Of a stretch of DNA of 64,000 bases, positions 17,149 to 25,916 are shown in pieces. The notes beneath the pieces are model-generated. The model saw nothing but the letters and a program-made list of their open reading frames with translations. It did no database searches and was not told the DNA's origin. Numbering within the stretch: the stretch's first letter is position 1; every line of letters starts with the position of its first letter. Origin of the DNA: Thermoanaerobaculia bacterium (GTDB lineage: Bacteria > Acidobacteriota > Thermoanaerobaculia > Gp7-AA8); assembly GCA_035544675.1 (NCBI GenBank), contig DATKCA010000026.1:11671-75670 (forward strand), read 5' to 3'. The position numbers and the translations under genes are program-made.

Positions 17149-19329
17149 TCAAAACAACCAGGCGTAGCCGAGTTTGATGAACACGGCCCGGTTGGTCTGG
17201 GTCAGGTCGACGACCTCCGTGCCGGCGTGGTTGTCGGAGTAGCCGAAGAGGAAGACCGTCTGCGCGTCGAGCCGGTACGAGAAGAGCAGCTGCGAGAGCA
17301 GCGCCCGGCTCTCGCGATTCACGGGAACCACATACTGCGACCGATTCCTCTCCACGCTGCGGTGCTGCAGGATGGCGCGCACGAACGTCCTCCGGTTCAG
17401 GTGATAGAGCAGCCTGGCCTGCGGGATGTCCGCGGTGAAGATCTCCGCACCCTGCGGAGTCCGGAACACCTGCCGCACCCACGACGCGCGCCCGCTGAAG
17501 CGGCGGCCGAGGTGGAAGGTCGTGTAGGGAATCAGCGTAACGAACTCCGCCTTCCGGTTGTTCGTGAAATCGATCGACTCTCCCCAGTTCGTGAACAGTC
17601 CGGCGCTGGCGTCGCGCGTGGCCTGGATGAAGGTGTCGATGCTGTAGCGCATGTTGTGGTACGTCCGCCCGTTGAAATACTCCTGGTTCGGCGCGAGCAG
17701 CAACGAGACGTAACTCTGGCGCGACCCCTGAAACGTGGCCACGATGTCGGAGCCCCACTCGGTCCACTCGCCTCCGTACTCCTGTCTGGCATCACCGGAG
17801 ACGCCGAAATATAGATTGCGGAACCAGCGATCGGGCCCGCCTCGAACACGCCGCTGCGCGCCGGCCTTGGCGCCGCGCACCGCGACCTGGTTGAAGAGTC
17901 CCGCGTCGGCGCGAAACCCCGGCGAGATCTCCGAGTACTCGGCGCGCCAGAACCAGTCGCGATCGCTGTGGTCGTAGCTGGCCAGCAGCGCGTGGCCGTC
18001 GATCGCGCCGGACGCGCTGATCGCAGCCGGATAGCCGGACCGCGACCCGGCGAGCTGCACGCGGACCGAGTCCTGCTCGGTCATCCGAAAAAACGAGTCG
18101 CCGGACAGCACTGTGTTGTCGTAGCCATTCCCGGTGCGCGACGTGACGAGCAGGCCCGCCGTGGCAGCCGATCCGAGGCTTCGGCGGTAGCGCAGGATGG
18201 CCGTGGTGGATGGGTCACGCAGTGACCGCGTCGACGAGGAGTCGTCAGCCGGGAGGAGGAAGTTCGTGATCCCGTCGCGGGCCAGGAGCACGCCGTAGGC
18301 GTTCGAGCCCGATTTTCCGGTCAGTTTCAGGCCGGCCACCGGATCGGCGACCGTCCGCGTGAAGACGAGCGGAAGCTGTGTCTCGAAGAAATCGGATCCT
18401 TCCAGAAAAAAGGGCCGCTTCTCCGTGAACGACAGGGCGAAGCGCGTGTTCACGTCGAGCTGCGCGGCATCGGCTTCGACCTGGGAGAAGTCAGGATTGA
18501 TCGTGGCCTGCAGCGAGGTGCCGGGTGTGATGGCCCAGCGGCCGGAGATCCCCGGATCGACTCCCCGGTCCGCGGTGGCCAGGGTCCCCGACGAGCGGTC
18601 CTGCTGCAGATTCGCCGTCAGCGTCGGAGTGAGCTCCACGTTCCGCCCGACGGACGTGATGCCGAAGCCGTCCACGTCGGCGAACTGGCAGATGAAGCAG
18701 TTGCGATTCTCATCCGTCACCACCGAGCGGAAGCGGTGCCGGACGCTGCGCGGATAGTCACGCATGGCCATGAAGCCCCACACGGGCTGGACGCCGCCGG
18801 CGGGAATCCGGAGCTGCTGGAGCGGCACGGCGATCTCGACGACGAATCCGTCGCCGGTGATCCGTCCGGCCGAGTCCCAGATGGCGTCCCACGAGAAGTC
18901 CTCACTCCCCTCCACGTCGCTGTTGATCGCGTCCGCCTGCACGCCCAGCGGATTGACGCGGAACTGGTAGGCGATGCGGTCGTCGTTGAACGGATCGACC
19001 AGGAAGCCGACCGTATCGTCATTGAGCGCGGCGTCGCGTTCGGCGTACCGGGCGCGGATCTGGCCGGGCTGCGGATCGAAGGCGCGGAACGCGACGTACA
19101 GCTTGTCGTCGTCCCACAAGACGAAGACCTCGGTGCTCACGGCGGCCGGGATGTTGTCGCCGGGGAACCACTCCCGATCGATGGCGAACGGTGTGGCCTC
19201 CTGCCACGCCGGCTCATCGAGCACTCCGTCGATCCGGATGGGACCGGTCGCTTTTCCGACGGTGACCGCGCCTGCCGAGCTGCAGGCACACACCACGAGC
19301 AGGACGGACCAGAGCCGTATGAATGACAT
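17149..19329 (-). CDS. outer-membrane protein with an N-terminal CBM9-like domain and a DUF5916-like beta-barrel
   Basis: Signal peptide, IRIDGVLDEPAWQEA (CBM9-like), a long beta-rich body and a C-terminal ...GYAWLF aromatic terminus. Confidence 0.7.
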   Translation of the reverse strand: MSFIRLWSVLLVVCACSSAGAVTVGKATGPIRIDGVLDEPAWQEATPFAIDREWFPGDNIPAAVSTEVFVLWDDDKLYVAFRAFDPQPGQIRARYAERDAALNDDTVGFLVDPFNDDRIAYQFRVNPLGVQADAINSDVEGSEDFSWDAIWDSAGRITGDGFVVEIAVPLQQLRIPAGGVQPVWGFMAMRDYPRSVRHRFRSVVTDENRNCFICQFADVDGFGITSVGRNVELTPTLTANLQQDRSSGTLATADRGVDPGISGRWAITPGTSLQATINPDFSQVEADAAQLDVNTRFALSFTEKRPFFLEGSDFFETQLPLVFTRTVADPVAGLKLTGKSGSNAYGVLLARDGITNFLLPADDSSSTRSLRDPSTTAILRYRRSLGSAATAGLLVTSRTGNGYDNTVLSGDSFFRMTEQDSVRVQLAGSRSGYPAAISASGAIDGHALLASYDHSDRDWFWRAEYSEISPGFRADAGLFNQVAVRGAKAGAQRRVRGGPDRWFRNLYFGVSGDARQEYGGEWTEWGSDIVATFQGSRQSYVSLLLAPNQEYFNGRTYHNMRYSIDTFIQATRDASAGLFTNWGESIDFTNNRKAEFVTLIPYTTFHLGRRFSGRASWVRQVFRTPQGAEIFTADIPQARLLYHLNRRTFVRAILQHRSVERNRSQYVVPVNRESRALLSQLLFSYRLDAQTVFLFGYSDNHAGTEVVDLTQTNRAVFIKLGYAWLF

Positions 19330-19353
19330 CGCAGTCTCCTGAATTGCTGACGT

Positions 19354-20907
19354 TTACTCGCTGGCGCCGGCGTTGCGGAGGATGCGCACGATGTCGCCGT
19401 GGCCGTTCCGCCGCGCCATGTTGAGCGGCGTCCGCCACTCACGATCGTCCGCCCAGACGCGGACGTTCACGTTGGCGCCGCGCGCGATCAGCAGCTTCAC
19501 GGCCTGGTCGCTTCCCTGGCCCGCCGCGGTGATGAGCGCGTTCTCGTCACCGGGAACGACGTCCTCGATGCGAGCGCCGCGATCGAGCAGGATCCTCATG
19601 ACGTCGGTCTGGCCCGCTCCGGCCGCAGCGATGAGCGCGTTGCCGTCGCCGGGCGAGGGGACGTTCGGATCGACGCCGCGATCGAGCAGCCATCGGACCG
19701 CTTCCTTGCGGCCGGCGCGCGAGGCGATGAGAAGGGGCGTGCCGTCGCCGATGATCGCGGCATCGAGGTCGATGCCCTGGCCCGCGAAGAAGTCCAGTGC
19801 ATCGATGTCGCCCTTCCGCGCGGCCTCGATCACCGCGTCGCGGTACATGCCGTCCTCCTCCATGGCGCCCGCCACGCCTTCGCGCACGCCGTCCTCGATG
19901 GCATCGCCTCTGGTCGACTCCGAGGGCTCCGCGGCCGCGGCGACCAGCCGGACCGACCCGAACGTGACGACGACCGCGACCATGATGCTCACCGTGAGAA
20001 GCATTGCGGCGCGGCTCTGCGGGCCGCGCGGCTGCGCGGGATCGAGGATGGCGTGCACGCGCTCGGACAGGCGGCTCGGCGAGGCCATGGCCAGAGCCGG
20101 CACTCCCGTGCGCGGTCCGAGCGTCCGGGCCAGCGTCACGAGCTGTTCGGCGTAGGTCGATGCATCCGACGCGTTCACCACGGCATCGTCACAGGCTCGC
20201 TCGGCCTCGAGGCAGAAGCGGCGGAACGCCAGCCAGATCATCGGATGCGGCCAGTAAAGCGCGCAGGCGATGCGCGCCACGAGCTGCATGGTCCAGTCGT
20301 CGCGGCGGACATGCTCCAGCTCGTGACGGATGGCGCGCCGGACCGCATCCATCGACCACTCTCTTGCCAACGCCGGCATCACGATCGTCTGCCTGCGGAA
20401 TCCGAACGTCAGCGGCACGGCCACCTCGCTGGAGATCACCACCAGGACCGCGCGACGGATCGCGCTCTCACACGCCACATCGGCGGCGATTCTCGTTCCT
20501 TCCGGCCAGACTTCCGCGTCGTTGCCCCAGCGCCGGAGACGCCACACGCCGGCGGCGAGCGAGGCCAGCAGGAACACCACGCCCACGAGATAGAGATTGC
20601 GCGCGGCATGGAACAGGCTGAACGCCGAACGCGGGAGGTCCGGCGCCGCCGGCTCCGCGGCGGGCACGGGGAGGGCGGGAGGCGGCGTCTGCGGGGCAGC
20701 CACCGTATCAGCGAGCGCCGCGGGGATCGACACCGTCGTGGCCGTGACGAATCGCGGGGCCACCGGCAGCAGCAGAAGCGTCACGAACAGAGCCGCAAAG
20801 ACGGCGTGTCGCAGCGAGGCCCGTCCCCGCCGCGCCACTGCTGCCACGGCAAACGCGGCGGCAATGACGAGCGTCGCCTTCAGCACGAGCGTTGCGATTC
20901 CGATCAT
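19354..20907 (-). CDS. M56 (BlaR1/MecR1-type) membrane metalloprotease fused to C-terminal ankyrin repeats
   Basis: Has the zinc motif RHELEHVRRDD and four or more TMs. The C-terminal region carries GDGTPLLIASRAGRKEAVRWLLDRGVDPN, GNALIAAAGAGQTDVMRILLDRGA and TPLNMARRNGHGDIVRIL. ATG 20907 overlaps the blaI stop by 1 nt. Confidence 0.8.
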   Translation of the reverse strand: MIGIATLVLKATLVIAAAFAVAAVARRGRASLRHAVFAALFVTLLLLPVAPRFVTATTVSIPAALADTVAAPQTPPPALPVPAAEPAAPDLPRSAFSLFHAARNLYLVGVVFLLASLAAGVWRLRRWGNDAEVWPEGTRIAADVACESAIRRAVLVVISSEVAVPLTFGFRRQTIVMPALAREWSMDAVRRAIRHELEHVRRDDWTMQLVARIACALYWPHPMIWLAFRRFCLEAERACDDAVVNASDASTYAEQLVTLARTLGPRTGVPALAMASPSRLSERVHAILDPAQPRGPQSRAAMLLTVSIMVAVVVTFGSVRLVAAAAEPSESTRGDAIEDGVREGVAGAMEEDGMYRDAVIEAARKGDIDALDFFAGQGIDLDAAIIGDGTPLLIASRAGRKEAVRWLLDRGVDPNVPSPGDGNALIAAAGAGQTDVMRILLDRGARIEDVVPGDENALITAAGQGSDQAVKLLIARGANVNVRVWADDREWRTPLNMARRNGHGDIVRILRNAGASE

Positions 20908-21281
20908 CACGATCTCCTCCCTTTTCTGACGCGATCGATCTCGCGGGCCAGCCGCTCGAGCTCGTCGTCCGACCAAGCCTCGTCCTTGAGCAGTGCCGTG
21001 GCCGCCTGTCCCGCCGAGCCTTCGAAAAACACGTCCACGAGCTTGCGGAGCGCGGACTTGCGGGCCGTGGAGCGCGACGTCGTCGGCGCGTAGACGTAGC
21101 GGAGACCTTTCTCCCTGTGCCGTACGGCGCCCTTGGCCTCGAGTTTCGCCAGCATGGCCCTGACGGCCGAATAGCTGGGCGGATCGGACAGCCGTTCTCT
21201 GATCTCTTCGGCGGACGACTCCTCGCCAAGGGCGAAGAGGACATCCAGGATCTCGCGCTCGCGTCTGGATAGTTTGATCAT
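20907..21281 (-). CDS. blaI: BlaI/MecI/CopY-family transcriptional repressor
   Basis: LSRREREILDVLFALGEESSAEEIRERL...SYSAVRAMLAKLEAKGAV is a winged-helix penicillinase-repressor pattern. Confidence 0.9.
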   Translation of the reverse strand: MIKLSRREREILDVLFALGEESSAEEIRERLSDPPSYSAVRAMLAKLEAKGAVRHREKGLRYVYAPTTSRSTARKSALRKLVDVFFEGSAGQAATALLKDEAWSDDELERLAREIDRVRKGRRS

Positions 21282-21321
21282 GCTATGGATGTAACATAGT
21301 GCTACGTTTGTAGCATGTCAA
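21282..21321 (-). promoter_or_regulatory. putative blaI promoter with operator dyads
   Basis: The minus strand reads TTGACA (21321-21316), a 17-nt spacer, then TATGTT (21298-21293), with the ATG 11 nt further on. The dyad TGCTAC-N4-GTAGCA (21300-21315) fills the spacer. A second dyad, CTATG-N7-CATAG, overlaps the -10 box. Confidence 0.45.
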
Positions 21322-21340
21322 GTGAACGAACGGTGGCAAA

Positions 21341-21506
21341 GGGGGGCGGGGGGGAGACGAGAGTCAAAGGCCGGGCGCGGGCGCGGGCACGGGCTCGGGC
21401 ACGGGAGAAGGATGAAGGATGAAGGATGAAGGATGAAGGATGAACGGCGAGCCCGGCCTTTGACTTTCCCGAGCCCGTGCCCGAGCCCGGCTTCCGGGCG
21501 GGGGGG
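21341..21506. repeat. composite repeat with interleaved dyads and a (GGATGAA)5 array
   Basis: gtcaaaggccgggc (21363-21376) pairs with gcccggcctttgac (21451-21464). gggcacgggctcggg (~21387-21401) pairs with cccgagcccgtgccc (~21468-21482). A (ggatgaa)n array spans 21407-21445, and G-runs sit at both ends. Confidence 0.8.
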
Positions 21507-21510
21507 ACCA

Positions 21511-22350
21511 TCACTCCGCCCTGCTGTCCCCCGGCTCGTACCGCCATTCCGTCTGGTGCTGCGCCCCCTCGGCGAAACGGGGATCGACGTATTCGCTGAA
21601 GTCGATGGCGCGATCGAGCACGCCCGTCTCTCGCATCAGGCGCACGATCAGCTCGAAGTCGCCTCGCAGCGGCGTGAGCGGCTGATACTCCACCCGGTCC
21701 AGCGGATTGGAAAGGGCCCACCGGAGCAGCTTGGGGTCCTGGCGGAAGTAGTAGCGGCCGACGAAGTCCGCGGCGTGCTCGCGCCGCGCCTTCCGCTTCG
21801 GCGGGTTGTCGAGCCAGAGGCCCGACCGCGCGATGCCGTCGACGAGCACCTGCACCGCCTCCGGCCGCCTGTCGATCACATCCTGCCGGACGACCAGCAC
21901 GCACGAGATGTAGTCCGGCCAGTACTCGCGTGCATGGAACAGCACGCGGCCGAACCCGCCGATCTCGGCCTGCGACGGAAACGGCTCCCCCATCGAGAAC
22001 GCGTCGATCGCGCCTGCCGCCAGCGCGCCCGCGACGTCAGGCGGAGCCATCTCCACCATCCTGATGTCGCCGGCCTTCATCCCGTGCTTCTCCATGGCCC
22101 GGAAGAGGATCAGCCTCTCATCGGAGAAGCGGCTGGGGATGGCCACGGTCTTCCCGCGCAGATCTGAAAACTGCCGGACCGGACCATCCTTGCTCACCAC
22201 CACGGCGCTTCCGTAGCGGTGCCCGAGGTAGACGATCTTGATCGGGACGCCCTGAGCACGCAGGGCGATTGCCATCGGCGCGACCATGAATCCCGCCTGC
22301 ATCCTGTTCGAGAGGAGCGCTTCCTTGATCTCCGGAAACCCCTGAAACAT
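21511..22350 (-). CDS. ABC transporter substrate-binding protein (NitT/TauT, NMT1-like). As an ORF it lacks its N-terminus.
   Basis: The body (GKTVAIPSRFSDERLILFRAMEKHGM..., AGAIDAFSMGEPF) is typical of SsuA/NMT1-like binding proteins. No signal peptide follows Met-22350. The same frame continues upstream through one TGA (see next feature). Confidence 0.75.
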   Translation of the reverse strand: MFQGFPEIKEALLSNRMQAGFMVAPMAIALRAQGVPIKIVYLGHRYGSAVVVSKDGPVRQFSDLRGKTVAIPSRFSDERLILFRAMEKHGMKAGDIRMVEMAPPDVAGALAAGAIDAFSMGEPFPSQAEIGGFGRVLFHAREYWPDYISCVLVVRQDVIDRRPEAVQVLVDGIARSGLWLDNPPKRKARREHAADFVGRYYFRQDPKLLRWALSNPLDRVEYQPLTPLRGDFELIVRLMRETGVLDRAIDFSEYVDPRFAEGAQHQTEWRYEPGDSRAE

Positions 22351-22422
22351 CCTGGGGATGAACAGATGCCCTGACTTCGAATGGGCGGAGATGTAGTCGG
22401 TGACCGGGCACGCGAGATGTCA

Positions 22423-22557
22423 CGTCACGGGGATGTAGGCGACGTAGAGCTTCCGCTTGTCGATCGGCAGCCGGTCATTCAGCAGCACGTTGTAGTCGAC
22501 GTTGAGGACGACGTGCGCCGCCGTGATGACGGCCGCCCATGCCCCGACAGCGAGCAT
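22423..22557 (-). other. in-frame upstream segment of the binding-protein gene, separated from it only by TGA 22422-22420
   Basis: My own translation from ATG 22557 reads MLAVGAWAAVITAAHVVLNVDYNVLLNDRLPIDKRKLYVAYIPVT-TGA-HLACPVTDYISAHSKSGHLFIPRM(22350). This supplies the missing membrane anchor and the first strand. Confidence 0.6.
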
Positions 22558-22586
22558 TACCTTTCGCAGGACCGATCACCTCCTTT

Positions 22587-22612
22587 CGGGCTTCGGGCTC
22601 CGGGCTCAGGGC
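22587..22612. repeat. single-arm heptamer array (CGGGCTC)-like
   Basis: cgggcttcgggctccgggctcagggc, between the permease stop and the binding-protein ATG at 22557. Confidence 0.8.
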
Positions 22613-23370
22613 TACTCACGGAACCCCCATCTCACAGAGGGCAGCCGCTCCGCGGAACGGATGGCGACATCGAGAAACAATCCGATGACTCCGATCAGCA
22701 GCATACCGCCGACGACCAGGTCGTAACGCATGCCGGCGTTGCGGGCATCGATGATGAGGTACCCGAGTCCGGAATCGACGGCGATCATCTCCGACGCCAC
22801 GAGAACGATCCAGGCGATGCCGAAGGCGATGCGCAGCGCCACGATCGCGCGCGGAAGCACCGCGGGAAAGATCACCCGGCGGATCATCTGGGGTGTGGAG
22901 AGGCCGAAGTTGCGCGCCGCCTGCAGGTAGGCCTGCGGCACGTTCTGCACGGCATTCATCATCGAGACGACGATCGGCAGGAACGACGCGAGGAATATCA
23001 GGAAGATCGGCGCGGCGTTGGACACGCCGAACCAGATGATGGCCAGCGGCATCCACGCCAGCGGCGAGATGGGCCGCAGCATCTGGATCACCGGGTTCAG
23101 CGCGCGGGCCAGCCCGGGATGCCAGCCCAGCCACAGGCCGGCCGGCACACCCGAGAGAACCGCCGCGATGTAGCCAACACCGACCCGCAGCAGCGAGTCG
23201 CCGATATAGGACCAGAGCGTCCCCCGCTCCGCGAGCGTGACGATGCCGCGGAAGACATCGGCCGGTGAAGGGAAGACCGCCGTCGCCGTCAGCACGACGG
23301 CGAAGTGCCACATCGCCACGAGCACTCCCGCGAAGAGAACCGGCAGGACGAGCCGCTCCACGTTTCTCAT
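22612..23370 (-). CDS. ABC transporter permease (NitT/TauT family)
   Basis: Contains QMLRPISPLAWMPLAIIWFG and the EAA-like loop NFGLSTPQMIRRVIFPAVLP. Confidence 0.9.
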   Translation of the reverse strand: MRNVERLVLPVLFAGVLVAMWHFAVVLTATAVFPSPADVFRGIVTLAERGTLWSYIGDSLLRVGVGYIAAVLSGVPAGLWLGWHPGLARALNPVIQMLRPISPLAWMPLAIIWFGVSNAAPIFLIFLASFLPIVVSMMNAVQNVPQAYLQAARNFGLSTPQMIRRVIFPAVLPRAIVALRIAFGIAWIVLVASEMIAVDSGLGYLIIDARNAGMRYDLVVGGMLLIGVIGLFLDVAIRSAERLPSVRWGFRE

Positions 23371-24101
23371 ACGTGATGGGCCAGTCCGATCTCCGCGAAG
23401 ATGCTGTCGCGCAGCGCGATGTAGCGCGGGTCGCTGAGGTCGCGCGGGTGCGGCATGTCGATCGTGAGGATCCGGCGGATGCGCCCGGGGCGCTGCGACA
23501 TCACCACGACACGGTCGGCCAGCTGCACCGACTCGTCGATGTCGTGCGTGACGAAGAGGATGGTCTTCCGCTCGGCCTGCCAGATGCGGAGCAGCTCGCG
23601 CCGCATCTGCAGCCGCGTGATGGAGTCGAGCGCGCCGAACGGCTCATCCAGGTAGAGCACGTCGGGGTTCACCGCCAGCGCACGCGCCACTTCCAGCCGC
23701 TGCTTCATCCCGCCCGAGAGCTCGCGTGGAAACGAGCGCTCGAACCCGGAGAGCCCGACCAGCTGCACGTAATGCGCGATCCGGCGGCGCCGCTCCTCCT
23801 CGGTCACTCGAAAGAGTCCGAATCCGATGTTCTGCTCGACCGTCAGCCAGGGAAAAACGCCGCGCTCCTGAAACACGAAGATGCGCCGCGGATCGGGGCC
23901 GACGACCGGCTCGCCGTCGATCCTCACCTGCCCCCGCGACGGCGGCGTGAAACCGCCGGCGATGTTCAGCAGAGTCGACTTGCCGCAGCCGGAGGGGCCG
24001 ACGATGACGACCAGCTCGCCCGCGGACACGGTCAGCTCGATGTCCTCGAGCACGCGCATGGCGCCGAACGAGTGGCTGACGGCGCTGATCTCGACCTTCA
24101 A
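23367..24101 (-). CDS. ABC transporter ATP-binding protein
   Basis: Walker A GPSGCGKST, signature LSGGMKQR and Walker B VLYLDEP. TTG 24101 overlaps the upstream stop as TTGA, and the stop overlaps the next ATG as ATGA. Confidence 0.9.
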   Translation of the reverse strand: MKVEISAVSHSFGAMRVLEDIELTVSAGELVVIVGPSGCGKSTLLNIAGGFTPPSRGQVRIDGEPVVGPDPRRIFVFQERGVFPWLTVEQNIGFGLFRVTEEERRRRIAHYVQLVGLSGFERSFPRELSGGMKQRLEVARALAVNPDVLYLDEPFGALDSITRLQMRRELLRIWQAERKTILFVTHDIDESVQLADRVVVMSQRPGRIRRILTIDMPHPRDLSDPRYIALRDSIFAEIGLAHHV

Positions 24102-24844
24102 TTCGCGTAACCCCAGCGGACGAAGTCCAGCGTCTCCAGCCGCCGCATCACCAGGTCGAGAATCACGCCCACGATGCCGATCAGCACCATGCCGGCGATG
24201 ACCAGGTCGTAGCGGTTCCCGGCATTGCGCGCGTCGATGATGAGGAAACCGAGGCCGGAGCTCACCGCGATCATCTCGGCCGCGACGACGACGAGCCATG
24301 CGATCCCGAGCGTGACGCGCATGGCGATGACGAGCTGCGGCAGAACGGAGGGCAGGACGACCGAGCGCACGAGCTGCATTCGCGTGAGGCCGAAGTTCGC
24401 GCCGGCGGCGAGATGCGTCGCCTCGACGTTGTGCACGGCATTCATCGCCGCCACCGTCATCGGGAAGAACGAGGCGAGGAAGATCAGGAAGATCGCCGAG
24501 GCGTCGCCCACGCCGAACCAGAGGATGGCGATCGGGATCCAGGCCAGCGGCGAGATCGGCCGGAGCACCTGCAGGACCGGATTCACGGCGTCCTCGCCGC
24601 GGCGCCACATCCCGAGGATCAGGCCGAGGGGGATGGCCAGGACGAGCGCGGCGGTGTAGCCCCAGGTGACGCGGAACAGCGACGCCACCACGTACTTCAG
24701 AAGGAGGCCGCGGCGGGCCAGCTCGACGATGGCCAGCGCAACTTCCCACGGTCCCGGAATCAGCGGCGAGCGTGTCGCCATGATCGCGATCTGCCAGGCA
24801 GCGATACAGATGACGATCCCGAGCAGCGGGCTGAACCGGCGCAA
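24098..24844 (-). CDS. ABC transporter permease (second copy, NitT/TauT family)
   Basis: Paralogous to 22612..23370, with VLRPISPLAWIPIAILWFG and NFGLTRMQLVRSVVLPSVLP. Confidence 0.9.
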   Translation of the reverse strand: MRRFSPLLGIVICIAAWQIAIMATRSPLIPGPWEVALAIVELARRGLLLKYVVASLFRVTWGYTAALVLAIPLGLILGMWRRGEDAVNPVLQVLRPISPLAWIPIAILWFGVGDASAIFLIFLASFFPMTVAAMNAVHNVEATHLAAGANFGLTRMQLVRSVVLPSVLPQLVIAMRVTLGIAWLVVVAAEMIAVSSGLGFLIIDARNAGNRYDLVIAGMVLIGIVGVILDLVMRRLETLDFVRWGYAN

Positions 24845-24907
24845 GCGACGCGGAGAGTAGCAGAAGTGATCGATGGAGCGCCGGTGTCCCTTTCCGCCAT
24901 CGTTCTC

Positions 24908-24937
24908 CTGAGGCCTGAGGCCTGAGGCCCGAGGCCC
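24908..24937. repeat. single-arm heptamer array (GAGGCCT)2(GAGGCCC)2
   Basis: ctgaggcctgaggcctgaggcccgaggccc, in the divergent intergenic region 24845-25021. Confidence 0.8.
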
Positions 24938-25021
24938 GCCGTACCGTGACAGACATCACGCCGCGTCGTGATCGGAGGAGCGACCGGCGCCGCCCGGGCA
25001 TGTTCAGATGGTCGAAAGAGA

Positions 25022-25429
25022 ATGAGCATGCAGACAATCAGCCGCGAGACCGCGATTGCGCTGCTCCGCCAGAAGCTGATCACGGAGACGAAGCCGGGCC
25101 AGTCGACGTGTCAGACCGTGCAGGAGCGTGGCGTCTTCTGCCGGGGCTTCAGCCGCTACAGCAACGAGGATCTGCGCGCGCGATTTCCGTATGCGGGCGG
25201 GCGCGACCCCGGCGTGACCCGGCTCGAGCTCGAGCGAAGGGCCAGCTACTGGCAGCTGCGGCGCCAGGTCGAGAGCGGCTCGATGACGAGCTGCGATGCG
25301 CAGTGGCAGCGTTACGAGACCTGCCGCGGCTGGGACGACTTCACGAACGAGGACCTGGCCCGCTTCTGTATGGAGCTGTTGCACTGCGAGGTGACCGTGA
25401 CCGGGCCGCGGACCCTGTCTGTCATTTGA
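25022..25429 (+). CDS. hypothetical Cys-rich protein with a duplicated Cx9C-RG-aromatic...NEDLxxRF module
   Basis: G/C-rich third codon positions. Two internal repeats: CQTVQERGVFCRGFSRYSNEDLRARF and CDAQWQRYETCRGWDDFTNEDLARF. I recognised no known family. Start at ATG 25022 or 25028. Confidence 0.6.
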   Translation: MSMQTISRETAIALLRQKLITETKPGQSTCQTVQERGVFCRGFSRYSNEDLRARFPYAGGRDPGVTRLELERRASYWQLRRQVESGSMTSCDAQWQRYETCRGWDDFTNEDLARFCMELLHCEVTVTGPRTLSVI

Positions 25430-25916
25430 CCGCAACGAGCTGATCGTAGGTCTGCCGCAGCCGGCCGTCGAGATACTCCATCATGGCCGGCGACGGCGCG
25501 TGCGCGAACCGCAGCAGGATCTCCGCCTCGAGGATGCGGATCGTTCCGGCCAGCCCTTCGGCCCTGCCCAGCCCGCGCGTGAAGTCCAGCACCGGATTGC
25601 AGATCGCGTCCCCGAACTTCATGGACGGGCACTTGCTGTCGGGGCAGTGCATGGCGACGTTGCTGCACGGCATCGGAGCGAGGCCCATCGGCCAGCCGCT
25701 CGCCTTCAGGTCTCCCACGGTCCTGGTCAGGATGCCGGCGACATCGCGATAGACCTCTTCGCGAGGATCGGCGGCCACGCGCATGTACGCCGCGGCCTCG
25801 ACGGTCTTGAGCGACCCCATCAGAGTGGCCATGGTCTGCACCTCTGTAGTCCGTGCGGTTGCGCACCCGACGGCCGTGGCACATAGAAAGATGATGGCGA
25901 TCCAGTCTCGTTTCAT
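25422..25916 (-). CDS. hypothetical lipoprotein
   Basis: Lipobox IFLCATAVGC. ATG 25916 overlaps the kinase stop as ATGA. I trimmed ORF 25422..26597. Confidence 0.6.
   Translation of the reverse strand: MKRDWIAIIFLCATAVGCATARTTEVQTMATLMGSLKTVEAAAYMRVAADPREEVYRDVAGILTRTVGDLKASGWPMGLAPMPCSNVAMHCPDSKCPSMKFGDAICNPVLDFTRGLGRAEGLAGTIRILEAEILLRFAHAPSPAMMEYLDGRLRQTYDQLVAVK

Noticed and set aside
21341-21506. H-type pseudoknot or G-quadruplex interpretation of the composite repeat downstream of the ABC operon.
   Set aside because: The interleaved order of dyads (A-B-A'-B') and the flanking G-runs are real in the sequence. But alternative nested foldings through the (GGATGAA)n array are equally possible. 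There is no basis to prefer a pseudoknot without folding energetics or probing.
22360-22440. SECIS element for the in-frame TGA at 22420-22422.
   Set aside because: I found only a 5-bp GUGAC/GUCAC pairing, and it encloses the TGA rather than following it. No convincing stem-loop with an apical G/U-containing loop lies at the expected distance downstream. Sec recoding remains unproven.
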